This document shows positions 12,574 to 23,569 of a stretch of 64,000 nt of DNA, one piece after another. Origin of the DNA: Lama glama. Its lineage: Eukaryota. The stretch's first letter is position 1. Every line of letters begins with the position of its first letter. A model generated the notes under the pieces. It did no database searches. It was not told the DNA's origin and saw only the letters and a program-made list of their open reading frames with translations. Both the position numbers and the translations under genes were made by a program. The stretch is from the NCBI GenBank assembly GCA_028534125.1, contig CM052817.1, positions 19,532,001-19,596,000 on the forward strand, written 5' to 3'.

Positions 12574-13697
12574 ATGAGCTCCTGAGTGAGTCTGCTCATG
12601 GCTGAATCTGAAGTGTTGGAGATTGTTCTGAGAGGTTTGACTTCAACGGATTTACAGGCAACTAGTGCTGTAGAGTCAAGCAGTCCTTTGGATAAATGTG
12701 CTCTTCCAGAGTGCTTAGTAAAAATCCACTCACCTGAATAAATGCCCTGATTAATAGTCAATCAAAAATAGTTTAAGGAATGGGAGTTATCTGATCAATT
12801 GTTGCTGTTGGCTGGGCCCGTATATACACAATATTATCTTATTTAAAATTATTGCCTAGCTACATTAGGTCAGGTAGAGAGGATGGTTGATTCCCATAGG
12901 GTAAACTATTTCTCAACAGAAAATCCTTTGGTGAGGAATCACCGAAGACTAGGGTGAATGAACATAAAAATTTAAAATCCCTACATTAAGGCAAAAGAAA
13001 AAAATACTGCCAGAGGCAGTTTGCAAAGAAATTACATCTGGGTGCAGTGAAGAGAATCCTAAGAGGAAAAGGGTTCATTCACTGAGTGAGCTCTTTAGGG
13101 GAGCTATTATTTGATTAAGCAAGCTATTTATTTAAATAGAGTATGCTATAGGACTAGTTTAATCCAGGCCCGGAAGGCTATTTTAATGGGTCTGAGGATT
13201 GCTTCTGAAAAAACATACCTGATTTTTTGATCACTCCAAATTTAATCACAGAGATAAACCCCTTTACTGAAAACCTTGTTAAGCTTCTGGTCAAGTTGAG
13301 AGAACATGTCCAAGAGAAACTGAGAACTGCAAAGTTTAATCTGGTCCTAGGTGGCCTTTCAGTTGAAGAATGTAAGGATCTCAGAAGCCATGTGAAAGAA
13401 ATATTGGATTTTAATGACATCTGTTGAAAAAGACATATCAATAGGGAAAGAAAAATAAAATTAGGGATCTCCTTTAGATCCAGATGGTAACTTTGATGTA
13501 ACCCTACGTAGCCCAGTCAAAAATGGAGACCACATGGACTGTTGCACAACTTAGTCAGACCAGTTCTGACTGATGTACACTTTTTGGAAATTATGTTTTC
13601 ATCTCATGAGCTTAGAGGGAACTTTTAAGGCTAAAAGAACAACGAATGGATATGCAAAGAAGATCTCACATCTATATTTGAAAATGTTCAAAAGTGA
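12574..13697 (+). pseudogene. Endogenous viral element: decayed filovirus-like (Mononegavirales) nucleoprotein gene
   Basis: Manual three-frame translation gives ordered blocks matching recalled Ebola/Marburg NP. MSS*VSLLMAESEVLEIVLRGLT (12574) ~ MDSR...ESDMDYHKILTAGLS. INALINS ~ IIDAINS. LKLLPS...G*FP*GKLFLNRKSFGEESPKTRV (12843-12956) ~ LKTLES...G(L/Q)FLSF(C/A)SLFLPKLVVGEKACLEKV. ELFRG/SYYLIK ~ IFRLMRTNFLIK. TSLIQAR (13153) ~ NSVAQAR. TPNLITEINPFTENLVKL (13233) ~ TAKVKNEVNSFKAALSSL. ISIGKE/NKIRD ~ VNVGEQYQQLRE. VLTDVHFLEIMF (13563) ~ ILMNFHQKKNEISF. There are about 8-9 frameshifts and 8 stops. Confidence 0.8.
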
Positions 13698-14724
13698 TAA
13701 TATATGCGCCCTATATTCAGCTCATGTGCCTTATTATAGCTCTTTTAGTTGTATGTGGTCTGTGTTCTTTTTAATTGGTGGTCATCCTGTATCAGTTGTT
13801 ACTAACTCTGAATGTCATCTGGCAATGAGAGATACTATTTGTTTTCAAACAGACAACTTGAACATTTGTTTAAAGTAAAGAAAAATGCACTGAAGTATCA
13901 ACACTGTATTTTAAAAGACACTTCGGGAGGGATATTGGATTGTGAAAGAGAATGAAATGGGAAAAAACCAAGGTGACTGTGTGTACTTTCTGGTTGCTTT
14001 GAGTATTTGTAACAGGTATGTGCATTCATGTATTATTACTATAAATTGAAAAATTAAATATATAATAAATCTATGAACAATAAGCAATAGGCAGAATTAT
14101 AAACTACAGGGGTTAATTCCCAGGGTTATTTTCTACAGGAAACTAATGGACAAAATCTTTAAACACTTGGTATGTGACTCTGTTTTTTGATCAGTGACTT
14201 TAATTCATGTCCTCTATGGACCAGTCAAGATGGATACAGCTTCTTTTCCAAAGGGAAACTCATAATTTATCATATATTCATGTAAGGAGACAGTGACCCT
14301 CCTTGGAAAGGGTTACAGAAGTAATTGCTGATTTTCTATCCACATACCACAGTGAAAACTGAGACATAGTTACCTGTTGAGATTAATACAACTCTAACTG
14401 AAGAATGAGGCCGTAACAATTTGAATTTTCAAAACGTGTACAAATAAGGTTTAAGAAATTGAGCTTGTGATCAAAACTTCCTTTCAGTTAACCTGAGAAC
14501 CCATATCAAAGGCACTCAGTTCCCCATGATCTTTAAGAAGAGAACCAAAGAACAGATGACTCAATTTTAGGAAATAAATGTCTGTATCCCCATGGGGGTA
14601 ATCTTGCCCAGCACAACAGAAATGATTGTTTTCTTGGCAATTGGTAGGATGATCCCTTCTAAGGACTTAGGCTATTTTATAATACTATATGCAGGCAACA
14701 GATACAAATATGAAATGTTATATT

Positions 14725-15895
14725 TATTCAAAAAAATAGGAGTGGCTATATTAATATCAGATACAGTAGACTTCAGATTAAAGAAAATTACCAGAGACAG
14801 AGAGGGGCATTTATAATATAATAGTAATTACACCTGGAAGACCTAGCCGAACTACAATATATGTGAAACCACAATTGGTAGAACTGAAAGGAGACATAGA
14901 CAAATACACAGTTAAATTTGGAAAGCCAATATCCTTCTAAACAATAGTCAAAATTAGCAAGGATTTAGATGAATTTAAGAACACCATCAACCAATAGCAT
15001 GGGATTAAGAATTATAGACCACTCCACCAAAAAGAGCAGAATATATATAATAATTATCAATTGCCCCAGAAGGCATAGGAAGATAGATTTTATACAGTGC
15101 CATAAAACAAACTTGAAAAAAATTTTGAATTATTTTTATCATGCAGTGTTCTCCAGTGACAATGATATCAAATTTAAAAACAAAAAAATTAAAGAAAATA
15201 TCCAAACACTTCCAAACAGAACCACACGCTACTAAATAATCTATGAATCAAAGAAGAAGTCTTAAAGGAAAATTTTAAAAAGTACATGGAACTCAAGAAA
15301 ATGAAAATACTCATATTATAATTGTGGAAAGTTAAATCAGTGCCAAGAGGTAAATTTACAGCATTAATGCATGCATTAGAAACAAGGAAACGTCTCAGAT
15401 CAGTAGTTTTAACTCTTACCTCATGAAACTAGAAAAAAGGAAAACTAAACTCAAACCAAGCAAAATAAAGAAATAATAAAGAGCAGAACTTATTAAAATT
15501 GAAAACAAACAAACAAAAAATACAGAAAGTTAAGAAAACAAAGAGCTGGTTCATTAAAAGATTAATAAAATTGAAAAGTAAGTAAGATTCTAGTAAAACT
15601 GACAAGGAAAAAGAAAAAGATAAAAATTATAACTATCAGGAGTTAAAAAAAAAAAAAGAGAGATATCACTGGAGACCCCACAGACCTCAAATGAATAATA
15701 ATTCTGAACAATTCCAAAATATAAATCTGACAACTCAGATAAAATGAAATAATCCTTTGTAAAGAACTAATTACTAGACTCATGGAATATTAAATAAATA
15801 ATTTGAATAGCCCTTATAACTATTAAGGAAAATGAATTCATAATTTGAATACCTTCCAAAAAAATACTCCAACAATAGATGATTTTACTGGAGAG
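14725..15895 (+). mobile_element. Ancient L1 ORF2 fragment (endonuclease and linker region), degenerate
   Basis: Translation KIGVAILISDTVDFRLKKITRDREGH matches the L1 EN motif GVAILISDK. This is followed by an A-rich ORF2 linker (AAGAGCTGGTTCATTAAAAGATTAATAAAATTGA). Confidence 0.9.
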
Positions 15896-16822
15896 ACTCT
15901 TTCAGAGTTGTCTTATGTTTGCTTTATGTATGATAAGCATTATGTTTAATCTCCATGGTTTTTAGTTGTACTTAGTGGTAGGAATAAAATAAATGTTTCT
16001 ACTCTATTTTCACAGAAATGGAAGCCAATAATGACTTATTTTTAAGCATCCCAGCTGGAATAAAGATCTAATCAATTTACAGATGTAGAGAAAAACTGGT
16101 AATGTACAATGGGAGATAAAGAATCTCAGACTCTGCTTGCCAGTGGCAACCCTGTTTAAGACATAGATTTTCACTGAAGAAAAACATATTAGAGCTAGAT
16201 TATGTTTTACCTATTGGAAGCACTGTGTAAATAGTTAATAACACAGATCACTTCTGCTAACTTGGAACTCAATAGTTATTTAAATTCTACCAGATGTCAG
16301 AATGAAAATACTCATCCAGGACATAAAATGACAATAGAACACTTTATAGATGTAGGACAATTGATGTCTTAGGTGGGAAGGCAGGAATTAAATATGTAAA
16401 TGAGGTAAATAGAACAATAATGTCAAGCAAGTTCAGATGCAGAAGAGTAAGGAAGAAGATGAAACTGAATTTCTTCAATAAATTTAGGAAAGACACAGAA
16501 AAGGAGAAATTAAATAAATTATTTACATAGGAAAAGATATTAGACTGTATATGAATGTAACAAATAATATTGTATGTTATTATAATACTAAAATATATAG
16601 GTATCATAGAGATTTCAGTGTATGTTACAGCTTTTTATTAGACTTCCCGGACACAGTAAGGGCACTGAAAACTCTAAACTGAGAGACTGAGAAATTCTAT
16701 ATTGATAAGAATACTTATATGTAAATAAATGCTTAAGATATTTATTTATGTATTATCCCAAACATGCTCGAGGGGGATTTTTGTCTTTTTTTAAAAAAAT
16801 ACAATTACTGTTAAATCAAATA

Positions 16823-17234
16823 CAGTTTCCCCCCACTTTCAGAAAGTAGAGTGTCCTATGAAACCTTTCCTAAGCCGAAATGGTGTAAAAGGAAAAAGCA
16901 ATTACCTGGGACACATCTTGCTAAGGGATGCAGAGAATAAATTGAGACAAAGCACAGATGCTCACAGACACAATTCAAAGCTATGATGACTTGACGCTGA
17001 GATGCTCCTGTAGTTTGGCGGGGAGGGGCTGGTGATGCCCCTCTCAGTGCCTCATAATGGCTTACTGCAAAACAGGCACTTAATGCTATTTTAGCTTTTC
17101 ACCTTTTTTTTCGTCAAAATGAATATTCTCTTTGGGTATTTTTTTTTTCCAGTTAGCAAACACAGGTATTAATGTAAGTCTTTTGTAAAAGTGAAATAGC
17201 ATAGAGTGAACTTTCGAAAAGTGGGGGAAACTTG
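16823..17234 (-). mobile_element. MER82 (TcMar-Tigger) non-autonomous DNA transposon
   Basis: Terminal inverted repeats CAGTTTCCCCCCACTTTC / GAAAAGTGGGGGAAACTTG, flanked by TA on both sides. Internal AAAGCACAGATGCTCACAGACACAATTCAAAGCTATG matches antisense MER82. Confidence 0.85.
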
Positions 17235-19109
17235 TAATTATTTCAGTAATTGCAATTTGAGAACCTGTCAAAGTTTTAAGTTGTTCTCTGCGAGGAGAGT
17301 GAGTCAAAACTTTTAATTTGTAAAATCCTTTGCTTGAGGCACAATGTTACTTTTTAAAGAGATAATTGTAGAAAGTCGAATAACATTTCTAAGATACTTC
17401 CCCCGCCCACAATTGTCCCTTCAAAAAGGTTTTATCACAGATGAAAATACTAAGGAAACGGGCTGTCAAAGCTTCAGTGAAACAATGCCTAATTTTGAAG
17501 TATTGTATCTGTACGTGTACTTATATTGTTAATCCTCCGAGGTACAAAACTATTTTCTAATCTACTATATAAGGCAGAAATATAAATGCCTTTCCTTTTT
17601 TATCATTTAAAATAAGTTTTAAAAATAAAATTGCCTAGGGCATTAGAAATAATTGTATGGGTATGAACTTTTTCCCCAAGTTATTCTATTAGGGCACATT
17701 GGGTAGGAAAACTGATTTTTTTTGTGAATAGAAGTGAGAAGGAGTAACAATTTTAGAAAAAAAATGTTTAAAAGAAGAAAAAGGCAAAAGGTGGTAACAG
17801 GTAATTCTGTATTCCTGTTTCCCACTTCTCTCTCAGTTTCCTTCGTTTTGTACTGTAAATCAAAAGGGTTATGTAAGAGGCTTCACGCCAGCAACTATGG
17901 GCCAGAGGCCCCAAGGTCCAGTTCTTGCCCTGCTCTCGCTGTCCTGAGATCTTTGGTGCATCGCTAAATCCCACAGTGTCAGCTTTCTCTGTGCGCTGAG
18001 GATGAGTGCTACATTAGCTGATTGTACATTTCTGTTCTCTATGAATATTACACAATTTATACATTTTTGTTCACTCTGCGGAAATATAGCTTTTCATCAC
18101 AATTCATTGATTTGCAAATTAATCTCAGAGGAGAAACCAGATACATAACAAAAATGTATACATATATGGCATTCAAATCAACGTACCTAGACACCGTATC
18201 TTTCTAATTGAAGGTTGGTGATCACTATTTTGCTGAATCATCTTGAAGAACAGATTCTTGAAAATGTAGGCTTTGAAACTCAAGGTCTTGAGTGGTTTCT
18301 CATTGTTAATCGTGTAGTAGTTATTGGTTTAGACATGAGGCATCACAAGAGACAGGTAGAGTTGTGAATACGTGAGAAGCTTCTAGGCAAGTGTATGGGG
18401 ACCATGGAGCAGGAACCAGTGAAACAGGAACAGGGAAAACTAGTTGTTGGACCTTAGTAGGTATTGGGCCCCAGTAGGGCTGCACCCGGGGGGGATAGAC
18501 TTCTGACCAAGTCCAGCACCCAGAGGACTCAGCACCTTGCAATGTGATCAACTCTTTCCCTTTAATCAAAGCACGAACCACTTATTTTCTGTTTAACCTA
18601 TTAAGACAGTTGTTAATTTTATTCTATTAAATATAGAGGCTCTGAAATAACCATGATGTTTTTTTCAAACTCAAATTCAAGGAATTTGTTAGCAGCATTT
18701 ACCTTTAGCATCACAGCTGTCACGAGTAGCACACATAGGATTCAAACCTTTAAGATGTGAAAAACTTTGTGTCTCAAAAAGTATCCTATAATTACCCTAT
18801 GTTAAAGGATTCAGCTTGCCACACGTAGTTTCCATAAAATATATGAGGATTAACATGATTTCATATTTTTCTGTTGGTCAGCTTTAAACATTTATGCACA
18901 AGTGTATGCATCATAATAAGAGGCTCAAGAATCCAATCCTTCAACTTGAGAAAAAAGGCACCTCTTTTATATTTTCAGTCATTTTTGTTCTGTTTATAAT
19001 GTAACTATGTAAATATAGTCTATTCTCAGAATATATTGTAGAGATATATATTTTTGACACTTAAATGCATATCCATATACCTAAGTGCAATTCAAACTCT
19101 CAAGAGATT

Positions 19110-19340
19110 TATTTTTCTTTTCTTTTTTTCTTTTAATTTTAAAATTTTTTATTGATGTACATTCTGTTTACAAGTTGATGTTAATTTCTGGTGTATAGCA
19201 TATGTTTCAGTTATACATATTATATATTCCTTTACATATTATTTTTCCTTATGGTTTATTATCAGATATTGAATATAGTTCTCTGTGCTATACAGTAGAA
19301 CCCTGTTGTTTACCTATTTTATATATAAATAGTATCTATA
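19110..19340 (-). mobile_element. 5'-truncated L1 3' end (artiodactyl type)
   Basis: Poly-T lead followed by GATATTGAATATAGTTCTCTGTGCTATACAGTAGAACCCTGTTGTTTA. Confidence 0.8.
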
Positions 19341-20054
19341 AATTTTATTAAAGTTTTACTAAAAAAATTAATCATATTAAAAATTAGAAACTTTAGATAT
19401 AAGTCCATGAATTTATCAGCTCTCATTGTATATAAATTCTATCAAAACACCCTTTAGGTATCAGATATGGACGTAACCTTTGACTATTTCCCAGATGGTG
19501 ATAAACAACTATTTTGTTTCATCTTTTAAATAACCTGTTAATCACAAATAATAATAAAAAAAATTACCCACCATCAAACTTACCAAACAAAGCACTAATG
19601 ATACTTAAAAACCTCAGTGTATGTTTTTCTCATCACATTTTCCTTTAGACCCCCTCACGGGAGGCCACCACCCTTAAATCTGTATTTATCATTTCCTTGG
19701 TTTTTAAAAAGATTTTACTATTACTTATCTGTCACTTAAAATTATTGTTCAGTTTCATCTGACTTTGATCTTGATGTCAGTGTTGCAAGGTAGTCCTCTG
19801 AATTTGCCTTTTTCCCTATTCAAACTTACTTTTATGGATTCATCTACTTGATTCATAGAGGTAAATTTGATTCAGTTTAATTGCTGATTGTACATTACAT
19901 TTATCCATCATATGGTTGATTATATTTAAGCTATTTTAATATTTTTCTTATTAGAAATAATTCACCAGAAATATTCCTATAGTTACTTCTGAATGCACTG
20001 ATCCAAGATTTTTCTGGATTTACTAAAATGGTCATATAAATTGAATACAAATTG

Positions 20055-22095
20055 GTTCTCTTAAATCAGGAATAAGGCAAAATGGCTAGTTCACCACTTC
20101 TTATTCAAAATTTTACTGGGGTTCTAATCATTGAAAAAGGCAAGAAAAATTATAAAAATGAGAAAGGTGGAAGTGAAACTCCCCAGATGCAGATTTGTGT
20201 CTGTTGGAAATCCACAAAACTACAGAACGGCTACTGAAACTCAATACTGGACTTAGCAAGGTCAGAATATACAAGGTTAATATAAAAGAATCAATTACAT
20301 TGCAACATCCAAACATAAAACAAGTGGAAAAGTGTTTTTTGAATCCTATTTTCAATAATGTCAAAAACATAAAATATGTCCCACAAAAATAAATGCAAGA
20401 CCTCTTCTCTGAAAATTACAAATATTGCTAGAAGAAATTAAAAAATACATAAATGGCAATATACGTTAAGTTCATACAGTGGAAGACTCACTGCTATGAT
20501 GACAAGTCTTCCAAATTGGTCTATTATAAATTCAAAACACGTCAATAAAAATTCTGTCAAGACATTTTTTTGTGGAAATTGGCAAGGTAATTTTAAAATT
20601 TAGACAGCACTTAGAATTATGAATGCAAATTTAAAAAGACAATGTTGTTGGAATTATGATACTGATTTTATGACTTAATTATAAAGCTACCTCAATAAAA
20701 ACAGTGGGCATTGGCAAAACATAGCGGTATAATTCATTGTACAAAACAGAGATTTCTGACAAAGATACAAAGACAGTTCAGCAGAGGGAAAGATGATCTG
20801 TCTCATTAGTGTCACTGGATCAACTGGGCATATACGTGGAAAACACCCCCAAAATCATAAACGTCAACTCTTACATCAACCACATACAAATAACTCAAAA
20901 TATTATAGACCTAAATATAAAACCTAAAACCTAAAGCATTAAAATTCTAGAACAAAACAGGAGAAAATATTTGCAAACTCATGGCAGGCAAATGTTTCTT
21001 AGAACAACAACAACAAAAAAAGCAAAAAACATAAAAGGAAAAGAAATAACAAATTGGATGTCACCAAAATTAAAGCTCTTCAAAACATTTGACTAGGAAA
21101 ATAAAGATGGCAAACCACAGACTGGTAGAGAATATTCATAACATACAGACAACAAAGAATTTATGTACAGATGCATAAATATCTTTCTTAATTCAATAAG
21201 TAGATATAACACAGCAAAATACACGAAAAAAAATGACCAGACTCTTCATTAAAGAAGACGACAAATGACCAATGAGAACATAAAAAATGAAATCATCAGT
21301 TATCAAAGAAATCCCAACCAAAAACCACAGTGAGGTATTACTACATATTTTTAAAAATAGCTAAAGTTTAAGAAAACACAGGAAATACCAAGTGTTGACA
21401 GGATGTGAGGGCATGGGACCTCTCACACATTGCTGAGGGGAAGTGAAAATGGTTCAACCAAACTGGAAAACATTTGGCAGTTTCTCAAAATGTGAACATA
21501 TCCTACCATATGACTGAGACAGCTGATTCCTAGGTATTTAGCCAAGAGGAACAAAAGCACATATCCATACCAAACGCTATAGAAAAATGTTCAAAGCAAC
21601 TATATTTGCAATTGCTCAAAACTACAAATGATTCAAAAATCCACAAATTATACTATATTCTATCCAATTGTCCCCAAATTATGGTATCTTCTTACAGTAG
21701 AATAATTACAGCATTTAAAAAAAAAAGTTGATACACGGCAACATACATGATGAGTCTTAAAATTATTATGGTGAGAGAAAGAAAGCCAAGCAAAAATTAA
21801 AACATATGACATGAATCATTAATATAAAATTAGAGAAAATGCAAATCAGTTTAGAACGACCAAAAGGAAATTAGTCATCACCTGCAGACGGAGCTGAAGG
21901 AAGGAAGGGGATTAGAAATGAGCAAAAGGAACTTTCTGGGGTGATGGAAGTATTTGCTAACTTGATTATGGTGATGATTTCACAAGCATAAACATACTCC
22001 AAAACTGATCAAATTGTACAATTCAAGTATCTTCTGAATTTCAGTTATATTTCAAGTACCTTCTGAATTTCAATTATATTTCAAAAAGTCATTAA
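20055..22095 (+). mobile_element. Ancient L1M (L1MC/ME-type) ORF2 3' part and 3' UTR
   Basis: TCAGGAATAAGGCAAAATGG...TCACCACTTCTTATTCAA corresponds to the SGTRQGCPLSPLLFN region. The 3' UTR has GGAACTTTCTGGGGTGATGGAA...CAAAACTGATCAAATTGTACA. Confidence 0.85.
22022..22084. repeat. 29-bp tandem duplication (2 copies plus 5 bp)
   Basis: TTCAAGTATCTTCTGAATTTCAGTTATAT / TTCAAGTACCTTCTGAATTTCAATTATAT, 27/29 identical. Confidence 0.95.
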
Positions 22096-23525
22096 AACAG
22101 ATAATAGTCTGATACCCGTGGGGATGACATAAAGAGTGTTTTCAGATCAGTGAATTGTGAAGTAGAAAATTCTATTCCTTTTATTGTACCATAATCATAC
22201 TCCTCACCCCCAATTAAAATATATCATCCCTGTCAGCTTGAATTGTATTTGTGAGTTTTCATACAGCTTCCTCAATTTTCTTTATATACCTAGTTGATAG
22301 CAGATAATTTAACTTAATATATTACTTATTTACCCAGTAACTATTTATTAAGTACCAATTTATGGCAGAAAGTATTCTAAGCCCTGGATACAGCAGAAAA
22401 TACAGTTTCCTTCTGGTAAAAAGAGACCCAAAACCAGTAAGTGTATTCTAAACTAAGATATATGAAGTAGAATAATATTCCCAGTTATTGAAAAAACGGA
22501 TGAGTGAAGGAATGAATATAAATTTGTCTTGCACGTCTGAACACATTTTATGTTTAGCTGTGCTATAGAATTGCTTCCAACTTAAAGTAAAAGAAAACCT
22601 AATCCATAGTAGTTAAAGAAAGAGTGTTTATTTTTGTCATGAAGTGTGAACTTTGGTGTGACGGCTGGCCTTGTTCCGGTTACTCAGCGTTCCATGTTAT
22701 CCAGGTTCCTCTGGCTTTCACTTTTTCTAGCTTTCCTGTAGTTTGTTTGTTCCATTCTTACTGCCTCATTATTACAACATGGCTGCTGTACTATCAGGCA
22801 TTTAGAGTGGGCTTAAAATTATCAGTAGTAATTCTCCTCTCTCTTCCTTAGCTCCAAAACCACTGAATAGATAGACACAGAAATCACACACAGTTAAATA
22901 TGTCTTCTCTGTCTCTGATTATCCTCACTCGGTGACAGGTCTCGGCACTGTAGTCAAATGAGTTCTTTAAAACACACTTGTCCAGTTATGCACACAAAAT
23001 GTGGTATGACCCTCCACAGCAAGACTTTTGAAGGCCTCCCTTTCAAGGTCAGGTGAATGTACCACCACCTGAATGAACAGAGAAGACCTTTGTCCTGAGG
23101 ACGAATGCTCCAGGGACTAGGCTATATACATGTTGTTTCTTTCCTCAATCTTTCTTCCCCTCTGGGAAGGGAGTGCAAGAAGCAGGAAGACAATGGAAGC
23201 TGTTTCTGCGCTGATTATAAACCAAGATCATTTAGATAATTTTCTATGGAGTGTTGGGAAAAAAACGGAGCCTGAATATCTACTTTAATTTGGAGTTGGG
23301 TTTCTTCAGTCTTTACGTGCTTTATCAATAAGAAGAAATTTAACATGGAAAAGACTCAAGAAATAACTGGACCTAGGCAATAAATAGAGGTTTACAATCA
23401 AAATAACCTTGAATTCGTAGTGAAGTTAAAAAAAAAAGGTTTTGTGACCTTGCATATTGCAAGCTTCTCCATCATAGTCTCTGAATTGTTGCTATGTTCA
23501 AAGGAGTTTCCATGTAAGCACTCAG

Positions 23526-23561
<36 letters not shown>

Positions 23562-23569
23562 CATCCATC
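23526..23569. repeat. (TATC)9(CATC)2 microsatellite
   Basis: Counted directly. Confidence 0.97.

Noticed and set aside
13227..13427. The 66-aa ORF as a Gypsy integrase tail, bornavirus N or L fragment, or functional micro-protein
   Set aside because: Short resemblances exist (bornavirus N LTIPVVAYEIRDFLE; L DFNDI), but only filovirus-type NP gives collinear matches over the whole 1.1 kb. The ORF starts at TTG and is a stop-free remnant of the decayed gene.
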